Assembly: GCF_009914755.1 (NCBI RefSeq) | Contig: NC_060931.1 | Length of the DNA stretch: 64,000 nt | Direction: 5' to 3' (one strand) | DNA from: the human T2T-CHM13v2.0 reference genome, Homo sapiens | Shown: piece by piece, positions 13,886 through 27,520 of the stretch | Numbering within the stretch: the first letter of the stretch is position 1 | How the letters are laid out: every line of letters begins with the position of its first letter | Notes under the pieces: model-generated | Database searches by the model: none | Told to the model about the DNA's origin: nothing | What the model saw: the letters and a program-made list of their open reading frames with translations, nothing else | Position numbers and translations under genes: made by a program

Positions 13886-16255
13886 AACTAGTCAGGGCAG
13901 GTTTGAGAGGCACGTCCCAGACATCCTTTCCAAGCATCTGGTGTTCTATTCTGCAAATTTCTTTGGAAACTTCTGATCCTGAATCCATGGGATATCGACT
14001 GGCCACTGTCACTGACTCCCGAGTTTAAGATTTTCTAGTTTTGTGTTGTTTATAGAGAATCAGAAATAGCTTTAAATAGTCTTGATTTTTATAAACTTTC
14101 TTTAGGCTTATATTTTCAATAAAACAAATAAATTTAACATTAAAAAGAAAAGAAATGCTCTTTAATACTAAACTAAGTGCCCTTTTTTTGCCATGAATAT
14201 AAAAACTAGTGTGAATTAGGACCACCCAAGTTGATTATCTCCACAGAATTCAGAAAACTGTGTCCATATTGTGTAAAAATTACCACCCTTTGCTCTTTTG
14301 GATGTCAACTGCTTTCTTGGCTGTGATATTATGGATGAAATCTGATTTTAAAATAAATATAGTGGCCACCATTTAAGACACTGGCCCAATTTAATGAAAA
14401 ATTGGCTTTAATGCAATGAGGTGAGCTCAGTGGGGGCCACCCTGAAGTTTCATTCTGTCCTTGGCTTCCTGCCGAATTGCTGCAAGGTAGAATGGCCAGG
14501 GGTTTCCTGGCCTGTCCTCACATGTTTCTCTAATAAATGTGGAAATGTCTTTAGGAAAGTGATTGACAATTCTCAGCTGACAAATTTTTCTTTCTTCGAT
14601 TATCCTCTCTGGGTTTCAGCTGTGATTACTCTCCACCAACAGAAATATAACTTGCTGAGAAAGGCACCTTGAAGATTTTTAATTACTAATACTGCAAAAT
14701 CACTCCTTGTTGAATCATTAAAACATAGTAGGATTCTGTAGTAGATACAGATCCTCACTCTGCAACATCTTTTTTCTCATCTTAGTTCTATCTTTGCCTC
14801 TGTTGTATACATAAACTTTGGGACTTGTTTCAGTAGTTTAAATGTTAAAATTGGAAAAGAACATGAACTTTGATATCTTCACTGATAAGAGATTAAACTG
14901 CCATTTCATAATTTTGGGTTATGCAGAGTGTCTGACTCTAAGACTCTTATAAGCCCTTATTGGCTTTCAAATGGTAGTTTTCCCTCTAATGACAGATAGA
15001 CTTCAAAAATATGAGTGATTTAGCTCAAAGTTAATAATAACAGAATTGTTGAGCACAGAGACATATGCAAAGATGCACTTAGTTTATAATCAGTGTGTAG
15101 GTTACCCTCTGGGAGTAAGTCAAAAGTTGCATAAACTCTTTCTGCTTATAGATACTACAGTGTAGCTAATGCTTCACTTGCTTTGAAAGGTATTCTACAT
15201 GCCCAAAGAAAGTAATGTACTTGTTAGCATACCCAGCTTTCCTTGGGGAAGAAGGTATGTCTCATAATGAAATGTTTTTTGACAGGCTTTAAGACAGCCT
15301 CACTTCTGTAAGCTTACAAAGCTTTGTTGTGAGGTAGTTACACATCAACGTGATGTTATCATGTTTCAGATGTGGGGCAAATAACTTATCTTAAGTAATA
15401 ACTGTATTATGAAAGAGAGAAGAGACTTGGAATTTTTAAATTTCCCCTAGAATCCCACCACAGATCTTGTTTACCTGCATTTTAATTTGTCACTGATCTG
15501 TAAAAACACCAACTGGGCATAGGATCTGACATTAAGAGGCCAGTATGAAAAACATAATGTGTTTTTAGACAGAATTTGTGAAAGGAATTTCTTGTAAATG
15601 TTTTGTTTTACTATATTTTCTACATGATAATTTTCTTCTTCCAGTTAGTATATATAATGGAATGCTGTGAAAATTAGAATAAAGTACCAAGACATATCAA
15701 TATTGATCACATGCCTTAATACAGATTTTAGCCCAGTTTATTTTAAACCATGGCAAACTTGTCTTAGCAATACAAATAGTGTGTTTTATAGTTAAAAATT
15801 TTCATAAATAGTTTCACTTTTCAGCAAGATCCCAACAATACCTGGTTTGCACAATCCCAAACATGGGGCCTGAATATTACAAACACACAGTCATCAATAA
15901 CTGATATCCCAGAAGGGACAAGGAAGTCTAAAAAAAGAGACAGAATTTTTTTTTATATTATATCCCCAGCCAGAAATACTTTGCCTTGATGTTTTCTCTT
16001 CCAAAACCTGTGAGAGAAACTTTCATCCCACGTGATAGAAGCAGGAAAAAGCCTTCAGCCAAAAGAGAAAGTACTGGGCCAGTAATTATTAAATGGGGCA
16101 ATTATGGTGTTTATTCATCCTTTATACATGTGATTATATCTATTTAGGGCTTTCACCTTGTCTTCACTGCCATGCATTTATCATTTTTAGTTTCAGCCAG
16201 GAAAAGCATACATTTAGTTATGTTATTAACTTTTCTTACTGACGTCTACTTCTAG

Positions 16256-16370
16256 GCTGATATGCAGCAGAAGAAAGAACCCGTTCAGGACGACTCTGAT
16301 CTGGATCGCAAACGACGAGAGACAGAGGCTTTGCTGCAAAGCATTGGTATCTCACCGGAGCCGCCTCTAG
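16256..16370 (+). CDS. DYNC1I1: DYNC1I1 second coding exon (115 nt, phase 0 to 1)
   Basis: Acceptor ctacttctag|GCT; encodes [38 protein letters not shown], which matches IC1 rather than IC2 as I recall the proteins; donor TAG|gtactt. In frame with the previous exon and CpG-rich relative to the flanks. Confidence 0.96.
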
Positions 16371-19059
16371 GTACTTAAAAGTGCTTCCTGTTACTATTCC
16401 TCAAAATCAACTTGCGTGGGATATACCATGTCCAGTGTTTACTATTCTTTTAAGTCTTTAGTTTTTTTTAATTTTTATTTTTAAAGACATTCTGTGGCTT
16501 ATGGTTCAGGTTGCATGTGTTTTTGGAATTGAGGGGGCTGGAAGGAGATGGGAGGAAAGTTGTAGAATTGTCAGTAGTTTGGGGCTTACTGACTGATTAG
16601 ATGGTCAACCTTCTCCACCGTGTTACTAGTAGATTATTTTATACTTGTTAAATGAGTTGCCACTTGGTAAATATAAGAAATCTTGGAATGTCTTATTAAA
16701 TTGTTCCTCATTTTCATTGCTGAGTTCCAGTGTCTCTTTGCCAATCTAAATACTGTGGATCTGGGTTATGAATTTCATAACTACCACAGGCATAGAGTTA
16801 GTCTATGATGAAAATAGAAGGCACAGTGAGAATTTGAAGGAAAACAAAATGGTGGCAGATTAGCAGCCGATTAACAAGTTTAAATTAATTTGACTTTATT
16901 GTATTTTGATTTGATTACTAATTGGCATTTTCACTACAATACTCCTCCTCTAATTCGTTCATTCCTAGTTGGTTGTCTGTGACCTCATTTTATCACTAAA
17001 GCTTGGATATTGAATTATTGGTTTTCTTTGTGTTGAAGGTAACTTGTGCATATTTTGTTTATTCTGTCACTTACCTATGTATCTCTCATGTAATAGTTTT
17101 ATTTTTCTTTTATCCTTTTGTTTTCCATACATTTAAGATTAATCCTAGGGTGTCTATAAAACTACATTATATCCAATATAGTTAAAAACCCTTTTGGAAG
17201 AATACATAAAAATAAATACAGTATTCAGATCTTTTGTTTAGAATACTTTCTTCTGAAGTTAATTCCATAATTTACTTTTATATTAAAATAAATTATCATT
17301 TATTTCCATAGTTAGTTAAACTAAGAATATAAATTATCCCATGTAGAACAAAATGGCAAATGTTTATATCAATGTGAATAAGAAAAAGAACAATATATAA
17401 TAAGCTTAAAAATTATTAAGTATTGCTGGATGTAATTTAATACACACAAAACTAAAACACTATTAAAAATCATTTTATACTCAATCTCAATTTGTAATAG
17501 GTAAAAATAGTATGTTCAACAATGCTATAATAAGCCCCAATAAGATTAGATTCTTTGGTTTAATTTCTTCATGTTGTGGAAGATGTAACCTAGGGGACGT
17601 TATATTTGACTGATGGACCTTCTTTTCTACTTAGGAGCTGATACACATTTTTTTCTACTTAGTTGACATCTGATATGAGTTAGACACATTGCAATCAATT
17701 ATATTTGTGCCTCAAAATAGCCTTTGAAATTATGTTGCAATGTGAACACTGGTTAAATACAATAATAGTATGTCCTAGTCTCCCCTACCCTACATAAAGC
17801 CAGTAATTAAACTTTAAGAACAAAACAGATTAACATCTCTAAACCATGACCAACTTTTGAAGTATCCTTGCATTACTGCCAACGGACTCTGGCAAGGGCC
17901 CCGTTTTCATTTTTCAGCCATCTCTTCGACTTACCCTCTGAGCTTACTCAGAGGGTAAGTAATCAGTGAATTAATTGTGGGACCACATGAAAATTCCTAG
18001 CTTCTCGACAGATCTGCCATTGTGTTATAGGATTTGGGTAAAACAGTTAAGCCCTTTACCCTATTAAGTAAATAAAAGGAAATTGCACATGATTGAAACC
18101 AAATGGGAATCTACATTTACGTACTGAAATTTCTTTCTATCCATATGGCTTCTCTGGCATATGTGATATTGAGAACCCGTTGAATTGCCTGGCCTGGAGC
18201 CATCTTGGCTATTTGGTGCAGCTTCTATCTGAAGGACATTTGGCTTGTATCTGAAGGAAGGGGGAAAAAATTGCATTGGCTTTAGCTTTTTTCTTTTATT
18301 ATGCCTGCTCTCAGATTTTCAGCTTGTGCCGACCTTGATCTTTGAACTTGTCTCCTGTCTTCAGAGTGGCAGCTTACTTCTGTGCACATGGCAGGGTCTT
18401 CTAGAGCTGCTGGAGGCAAGGCAAAACAAGTCCCAAAGACAGTAAACAGTACAATGGGATGCAACTATTAATTAAATGTAAAAATAAAGCAGCCTGGCAT
18501 TTTTCTTTGTTTTGAAAGAGACTTTTTAATTACCAGTTTCAACATTTACCCTTTCTCTATCTGTCACTTAGGCTCTCATGGCAAACAGCTTATATTCCAC
18601 AGAGTACATTTCTCTCTCAATGCAGACATACAACAGATTTTTCTGACTGTCCTTGACCATTTAAAATTATTCAGAATCACTTATTTAATAACCTTTTAAA
18701 GTTTTATAGACACCTTGTTTTATTTTTAATAGGTCACATCTATACTAACAAAATAATGTGAAGAATCAGAATTATCTGGATGGTTCATGTTAGAGAGATA
18801 TTTGACTTGAATTATCTGGATAGCTATTTTGATGCTTCATTTTACTTTGTTAGGGTGGACATGGCCTCAGAATCCCTAGGTTAATTCTGTCTAAATCATT
18901 TCAAATTTTAATTTCCAAAATACAAAAAATTCACTGGACTTTTTTCCTTTTCTTTCCTTTTTTTTTTTTTTCTTTATCCCATCTCAATGTCTCCTGGCCA
19001 TACAACCACTTTAATTTGGGCCCATTTGTTTTGATTTGTCTGACACTGCTCTTCACCAG

Positions 19060-19201
19060 TGCAGCCGCTGCATTTTTTAACATGGGATACCTGTTATTTT
19101 CATTATTTAGTCCCAACCCCTATGTCTCCCTCCTCGAAATCAGTGAGCACTCCCAGTGAAGCTGGAAGCCAAGACTCAGGCGATCTGGGGCCATTAACAA
19201 G
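19060..19201 (+). CDS. DYNC1I1: DYNC1I1 third coding exon with alternative acceptors (starts 19060, 19111 or 19144; phase 1 to 2)
   Basis: Long form encodes [47 protein letters not shown](R). Acceptors ccag|19060, ttag|19111 and tcag|19144 are 51 and 33 nt apart, so all are in frame. Donor AAG|gtaaga at 19201/19202. Confidence 0.95.
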
Positions 19202-19924
19202 GTAAGAATTGTCCCTTTAAAAGGCCATGATGGGTGTCAATTAAAAAAAAAAAAAAACAGCAACAACACCACTGTTAGAATACTGTGAAATGTGCATGTA
19301 TCTGCATGTGTACTTGGACATCTTATGTTTAAATTTATGGTGGCTTGCTATTTTTAGTGGAATAGCAATGATCTTGAACACTAGAAATGATCAACATATA
19401 TCATCCTTCTTTGAGTGGGCTAATTTAGCACCATGTGTCTTGCTTAACAAACACACACATATCCATTAGCTTAGGCTTAAAAAAGGCAGGGAGAAGCCTT
19501 TTCATTATTTAGTAGATAATTGAATATATATCCAGCTTCTTATTATCCTACTTTGGTTTTGGTTTCCATGAAAGTCTTTGTGAATAGAATATTGAGATGT
19601 TCTAATTCTAAATTTAATTTTTCAAGTGAGTTATTTGCTTAGTAAAGTTGACTAATTTGAAAACTCAGTCACCTAAGTATTTTTATTGTATTATTATTGG
19701 TAGTAGTAGTATCAGGATTGGCTGCTTCTGTTTAGTGAGTTCATTGCCAAATTTGTATTACACTATGTAGACTCACAGATTATGTAACTTCTGAAAGTAG
19801 ATCTAGACATTCTGTAATTTAATCACTGAAGAGGTATCCAAAAGGTAAAGATGTAAAAAGAAGAAAGGAGAAGTTTCATAAATGTAGATGGAGTCATGGT
19901 AAATCTCCGAATCCAGCTGTCTTC

Positions 19925-20200
19925 ACCAGTGTTCCCACATGCCGGGGTCCACAGGCAGGAATTTATGTGAGTATGGCAACTGCACCCAATTCTTAAAGGC
20001 CAGATGGCCCCCTCATAGCTCAAGCTGGTTGAGCTCACATGATATGATGGACCCAATTTTTCCGCATTTTCCAGTTTTTCTTGAGAAGCTACAAATTCAG
20101 ATATTCAGGTGATAATCTCCTGAATGTTAAATGTTAATGACTTTTGTTCCAAGTAGTTATGGGCCAGATTTGGCCTGTGGCAATTTATGAACTCTAGCTT
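19925..20200. mobile_element. Degenerate hAT-type (MER103/Charlie-like) DNA transposon remnant
   Basis: ttttcttgagaagctacaaattcagatattcaggtgataatctcc and gggccagatttggcctgtgg resemble hAT-Charlie MITE segments. Confidence 0.4.
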
Positions 20201-21880
20201 TGACTCTTAATTTAAAAAAATCATAAAATGCTTTAATCAAGTTTTAAATAAAAGAAGAAACAACCATCTACAGCACTGCTGTTCTAAGAAGTCAGCCTTT
20301 TGGCTTGTCTGTGTACCTTTCCAGTCCTTGTCTGTGTGCATTTCTTGCCTCCGTATGTATTACTGGGGCAAAGATATAAAATTTTGCATTTTTCTCTTTT
20401 CACCTAAGGCATTAGCATAAGCATTTTCTTCTGAAAGTGTACTGTTTCCACACAGGCATAGTTAATTTGGTAGCTGAAGATCTGGACATGAAGATAATCT
20501 AGCGTTGATCTGAGCTGTAGGGTTTTTTTGCTTTTGAAACCAACATATAAGACTGGAATTATGTTACCTATTTCTGCCTGTTGGTGTCCTTCAGACTTGA
20601 ATATTTTGTTTTCGTAGGCCCTTTGGAAACCAGTGGACACTGCTTTCAATTAAAAAAAAAGTAGAGGTTTTTGAGGGCATAAAGCTGGTTTATTTTAGCA
20701 AATCGCTTTTGTGATTTGGGGCAGCACATGTCTTCTCTCATCTTTTGCTTTGAACACTTCAAAAGGTCTTTGGCAGGAGGAAGTAATAGCAACACAGTTG
20801 TGTAAGATCTAACATTTATTCAAGAGCTGGCACAATATAATCACATTTCTTGGGGGGGGTCCATTGGCCTATCATTAAGTTAATGTATTTGACCATTTCT
20901 GTACCATGATGGTGCGTGTCATTACTGCTTAGCTTCAAGGGTGCAGTTGGCAGCATTCAATTCTATTACTGACTTCACAGTTGAGGAGCCCTTTGGAAAA
21001 CTTTCTAAAGAAAGCTGACCTATGCTGTTAGTACTCTGGGGACAACAGCAATTATTTCTTCTCAGAGAATATTACTCTTTATTTCTTTCTCCTTCTTAGG
21101 TGATTTTTTTTAACTTTATGAATCACTTTGGAAGAGGTGCAGCTTACTCCTACCCAACACAATAGTAACTTCAATTCTTTATAGGAAAGTTCTTGCAAGA
21201 CTGAGTAACTAGAAGTCAATTAGTAAACCTCCTGCAAAGTGCAGGTTTCATAGAAATGCAAGAAAATTTGCATTGAAAAATGCTAGTTTTCAGAAAAACT
21301 GAGCACAAAGTTTGCTTGAGGAGAACACATTAAGAATGCCTTAGTAAATTCTGCCCTTGTTTTGAACTTAGGAAAATTCCACACAAATTTATGTTTTTTT
21401 CTTTAATAAAATAAATATGAAGTTAAATTGCAGGAGAATGTTATATTTCAGTTTTTTTAAATTCCACTTTGAATGTCTTTTTATGTAGAAGACACATCTT
21501 TGAAAACAATTTATATTAACTTTAACACTTCATAAAACAGGAGACTGGGAAAAGAGTTCAGTTATTCTTAAGAATATAACTCTATGCTCATAAATTTGCC
21601 TGTTTATGTGGAATTTGAACTCTTCAAAAAATGGTAAATCTTTCAGAAGATAACAAGAATTAAATTAACACATCTGGCCGTAGCTAAAGGCACATATAAA
21701 TTATCTCATTCATTTGCCAAAATTTCAAACCAAAGCTAAAATTTTCTTTAGAAAGCCAAAATTAGCAAACATTTCTTATAATCTTTGTAACTAGTTAATC
21801 TGCAAATTGGCCTACTCAATGTACTTTATTATAGAGAAGAAGTAAAAATAGTGCTTTAACAAAAATCCCTCTTATTGATT

Positions 21881-22201
<321 letters not shown>

Positions 22202-22968
22202 TAAGAGCAGTTGAGAAAATTTTAAAAAATGGGTAGAGAGTAGAAATATGTAAGTTTTCAGTTATACTAATGATTTAATTTTTTAAATTTCACTTAAAGT
22301 GTTACCATTTGTTTTGCAATTTATGCTTCCATTGTTATATCCCATTTCTCATTTACAACTTATACTTTTGGTTTTATCTTCTTTCTCCTGATCGGTTTTG
22401 GTAGAATCAATTAATCATTGCTCAGTTAATTATACTGGCAAGCAACACGCTCTTGGATTTTAAGAGCTTGTTGAAAAGGTTAGTTTGAAGGGTTAGTTTT
22501 ACTTATAAACATAAATGAAAAAAATCTTTGATATACTGTATGCAACTGGAATCCAACATATTAAGAGGATACTATGCTATGGTTAATTAGTATTGTTTCA
22601 AAAATGCAAGGTTATTTTAGTATAGGAAAATGTCTTACCATATAATTTAGCATACAAAAAGGTCAAAGAAGGAAAAATAATCATTGCAATATGTACTTAA
22701 ATTATACTTAAGAAATTTAAACACTTATTCCTATATTTTAAAATGTAGCAAACTAGGAATAGAAAATATTTTCTCAATATGGTAAAGAATATTTGTCTGA
22801 AACAGCTTACGCTTTTTATACATAAGAGTGAAGCATTAGCACTTTATAGTCCTGAAGAACGGCTTTTGTTTAGTTGAACATGTCTCTCATCCTCAGAAAG
22901 TGGTGAATTCCTTGAAAGTAGGGACTAAGTGATACTCATGTGGTAGGTATTTGATAAATGTTTGCTGA

Positions 22969-23096
22969 GTGAGGTGTGGTAGCTCAGAACTGTAATACCA
23001 GCTACTTGGGAGGCTGAGGCAGGAGGATTGTTTGAGGCTAGGAGTTCAAGACCAGCCTGGGCAACATAACATCCAAGATTAAAAAAAAAAAAAAAA
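22969..23096 (+). mobile_element. FLAM (Alu left monomer) inserted in an L2 tail
   Basis: ggtgtggtagctcagaactgtaataccagctacttgggaggctgagg...poly(A). Confidence 0.85.
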
Positions 23097-24176
23097 GTTT
23101 GTAGAATGAACTATATAATTCTGCTTTTTACCAATGAGGACACTGAGATGCGCAGAGAGAATAAGTAATTTTCTCAAGTTCATACAGAGTGTTGTTTTGC
23201 TACAGTGCTAGGTTTTTACCTAGGCAGGTTGATTCAAGTTTCCACAATGTATATCTCTATGCTACATAATCTCTAACAGTAGTTGATATGAGTGATACAC
23301 AACCTACCCCATAAGGTTATTGTGAGGATTATACAAAGTAATGCTCTATAAAGTACTCAGAAAGGAGTCTGGTGTATACTAACTATATGTGAGTTTTAGC
23401 AATTATTATAATTTTTTCATATTTTAATTTAGCCATTTTTCCTATGGGAAAAAATCTTTTTAGATCCTCTCATAGAACATGTTGGTGTCATTTTCAATTT
23501 TAGTAAGCATTGCCTGTATCTTTATCCACGTAATTACATAAAATTATTAAACATGACAAGGCAAAGGACAGATTGTAATCCATGCCCCTACAGACCACAT
23601 TCTGGGTTGCCCACTCCTTACTCACTAACCTTCAGATAGCAACCAGAAGTGAATCGATCTAAGTGAAAATCATTCAGCCAACATTTATTCTTCTCATTCA
23701 CATGGATGGCTCACAAGGGACTTTGCACTAGGACTTTTCTCATGTTTAGTTGTAATTCCTTAGGGTTCGCAATGACAGAGCTGAACTAGAAGGTGTACTG
23801 GCCTGCAAAAATATAGGAAAGTGTATTGACTTCATAAAGTTCAGCTGGACACCACAGTGTAGGCTACAACCTGTCCCAAATGGAAGGAAATGTTGAAAAT
23901 GTTTTCAAAGTTAAAACATCTCTCAACGTGATAACATACTGTGCAATATCCTGTCACAATAATAACACCCATTGCATAACATCCTTAACAAAATAGTCCG
24001 AAGGGGAGATTTCTGATGTTTGTCTTTGGTGAGAAGTGTCATGGAGGGTAGTAATAGAATTAATTTTTGTCTTTTTTTTTTTTTTGACCATCTTTGGTCT
24101 TAACACCATCATTAAGTTCTACTTTCCAATCAATCAAGACATTTAAGCCCTCCTCCAACATTTTATTTTTTAAATC

Positions 24177-24511
24177 TTTTTTTTTTTTAAAGACAAAGTC
24201 TCTCTGTCACCCAGGCAGCAGTGGTGGCACAATCTTAGCTCAATGAAGCCTCGAATTCCCGGGATCAAGCTATTCTCCCACTTCAGCTTCCTGCATAGCT
24301 AGGAGTACAGTTGCATACCACCACACCCAGCTGATTTAATTTTTTTTTTTTTTTTTTTTTGTAGAGACGAAGCATTGCTATATTCCCCAGGCTGGTCTTG
24401 AACTTCTGGCCTCAAATGATTCTCCTCCCTCTTCATCCCAAAGTGGTGGGATCCTCCTGCCTCTCCCTCCCAAAGTGCTGAGATTACAGGCAGGACCCAT
24501 TGTGCCCAGCC
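24177..24511 (-). mobile_element. AluJ with an internal 32-bp duplication
   Basis: Dimeric Alu with a T-rich linker; tandem diverged units at 24418-24449 and 24450-24481. Confidence 0.88.
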
Positions 24512-26549
24512 TAAAAATCTCTTACTATTATAGAAACAACACCTGTGTATTTTATACAACTAGAAAATATAAATGAGCAAAAATAACAAAATAAAAACAT
24601 CATGTTTCCACCACCAGAGTAGCACTCTTAGCACCTTAGTGCTTATTCTTTTATATTATATGTATGTCATCATATATAATGATAAATGACATCTTACTGT
24701 GAAAACTGTTGAACCTGCTTTTTCAATCAAGTGTATTTTTATATTTCAATGTATTTTCACCTTATCTAGTATCTACACTATCTTCAAATTTCCCCAATTG
24801 GCCCCAATAAAATCCTGTAGTATTTAAAACTGATGCCTGTGCTCACAATTAGCAGCATTTCTTAACCCAAAACACTGATATTCGTAGATTGTTCTCTAGG
24901 GAGGTGAGGCCCCTCTCAAAGGTACCACAAATGCAGCAGGTGGAGAAATGTCTTCTGAAGCACATCACAGGAGAATGATGATACAAAGGGAATGGATTAA
25001 AAGTCTCTTAGGCTTTCAGCTTCATGTGAATTTCAGATTAGAATTCAGGGACAAAGGGACAGATTTCTTCAATGTTCTCTCTTCAGCTTGGATACTGGGC
25101 CTCCATATAGTTACTATTCAGTTTCTTATTGACAGAAAGCTTTGGTTAAATTTAGATACTTGTTTTTGGGCTACAATAATTCGTTGTGGGCAACTTGTCC
25201 TGTCTGCATGTAGTTACTACTTTTTTTTTAGTGACTTCAGGAAAGAAAAATGTGTTCTGGGGCCACATGGACATAATACTCAAAGGAAATCCTTAGGACC
25301 TTCACCTTTATCCACAGTCAGATTCTGCAGGATTCTTTGGAACTATGTAGGCCTCAAAGGACTTGACCCATTTGGGTGAAAGCATCATCATCTTCTAAGA
25401 TGCTCTGATAAATCAGAGGCTAAAGGGAAGTCATAAAGGAAGTATTAGTAAAGGTGAAAAGTGTAATAAATAATACAAGATTATGGGGGAAATTTAATAA
25501 GACTATTAAAATTTTGCTTATACAAAAAAATTTTAAAGTATCATTATATAAAGAGAGATTGACAGGATGCTACCAGCCAATTCGACTTTGGGGAGACTGA
25601 AGTCGCTAATTCAAGGTTGGTTAAAAGTCAGTCTCTTTGTAAATTAAAATAAGATTTACACTATAGGGTTTTCTCTTTATGCAGCACAATAAGTTCAAAA
25701 TTTTTAATATCATTGTCTTCAGGCAAAGTGTGCTCTATGTACCCATATGGTTATAGTAACACAGTAAGCATCTATTTTAGGAAAGGGTAGCTGAGCTTTC
25801 TTCTAGAGAAACTGCTTGCTTGACAGCAGGACTTTTGTGTAAGATTTTGGGAAAACATGCTCTTGTTCTATGATGGGAAGTCCTACATTTCTTATTGAAT
25901 CCAGCTCAGATGGACTTCCCATGTGGCTTAGTGTGGCTCGCTCTGGAGCTCCATATTAGGGCTCAGGTGTTAGCCAACAGATGGAAAATTCTCCCACCAT
26001 AAATTAAGAAAAATGCTTTTTAAAAAGAGCCTGATATAAGTATGTATTTCACTGTTCCACATTTATTTCTGACATCAGAAAATCTTTATCATCATTGCCA
26101 GTCCTAAGTAAGGAAAAAATTGAGGCCAGGAAATAAAACATTAACTCATTATTTGAATACCATCCTTTCTTAATTAACATCACTTTAATGAATGTGACAG
26201 ATGAGTGATATGATGGATTTTAAAATGTCCTTATTATTTCATGTATTACTTTTGGAAACGGCATTTTAAAAATTAGATATTTAGCGATGGCATTGACTAG
26301 ATATTTTCTGTTTGGCACTATGCTTACATAATCCCAAACTGTTTGCACTGGCTGATTAATCACTAGTGATTTGTTTGACAGAGAAGACATGTGGAACAAG
26401 AGCTCAGAGAAACTGTGCGACTCAGGAAATCTCTGTATTCTGTCCTTGAGCTCTCTCTCCATCTTAGAGAGAAAAGGAAGAACATGAAAATTTGAGTTCC
26501 AGTGCAGTTGCTTCAGGGACTAATTAAAGTTACTAAATTCACTTGGTAG

Positions 26550-26765
<216 letters not shown>

Positions 26766-27004
26766 TAAGATATGCTTTCCTTCTTCAGTATGGAAGTGAG
26801 TCTGAAAACTCTCCTGCGGCCATGTAGTGACATCACGCTGAGTAAGACTGAGTTTTCCATAAATGCTTTGATGGATATTAAGGGATTTAGGGAGACATGC
26901 CCTGATTTATTATTTCATTTTTTAATAAAAACGTAAAAACTGTTTCTTTTGGAATCAACTTGCCCTCACACGTCACACCCATCTACAGAAAAGCCAGGTA
27001 AAGA

Positions 27005-27520
27005 ATATTCATTTGTTCATTCATTCATCAAGTCATTCAGTAAACAATTGAGAATTTATTGTCTATCAGATACTATACTAGACTTTCAAGGAATATAAAT
27101 ATTCTTCTTACTTCTAAAGAGCAAGTAAATTGACACATTTAATTTGAATCTAAGGAAATGTTGCTGTGTAGTTACAGCTCTCAAATATGCATACTCAGAG
27201 AAGAGCTCAATGGTAATGAGGACTTTGGGGTTATTTTGCAGAAGATATATGGACGTCTGTGTGATTGCCTGGGGTTAGAGTAGAAAGGTGAGGGGAGAAG
27301 ATAGAATCCTGGTTGGAGAATGCCTGTCTTTATTGGAATGGAAAGAGCAAGGGTACTGCCAAAAACACAGTGAGAGAGGGAGGAAAAGAAATAAGATTTT
27401 CAGGGCCAAGAAAACTAAAAGAAAGACTATGCCAAGAAGGAGCCAATAGTGACCAAAATCAGAGACAGCAAAGATAAGGAACAAGAACCGACCATGGGAT
27501 TTGATGATTTGGAGGTGGTT
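27005..27520 (-). mobile_element. L2 fragment
   Basis: (ATTC)n-type tail attcatttgttcattcattcatc followed by degenerate L2 body. Confidence 0.5.

Noticed and set aside
19060-19064. Additional acceptor tgcag| at 19064
   Set aside because: It lies 5 nt after acceptor 1, is out of frame, and has no pyrimidine tract of its own.
24948-25379. 143-aa plus-strand ORF
   Set aside because: No recognisable homology or exon-like boundaries; a length like this is expected by chance in 64 kb.
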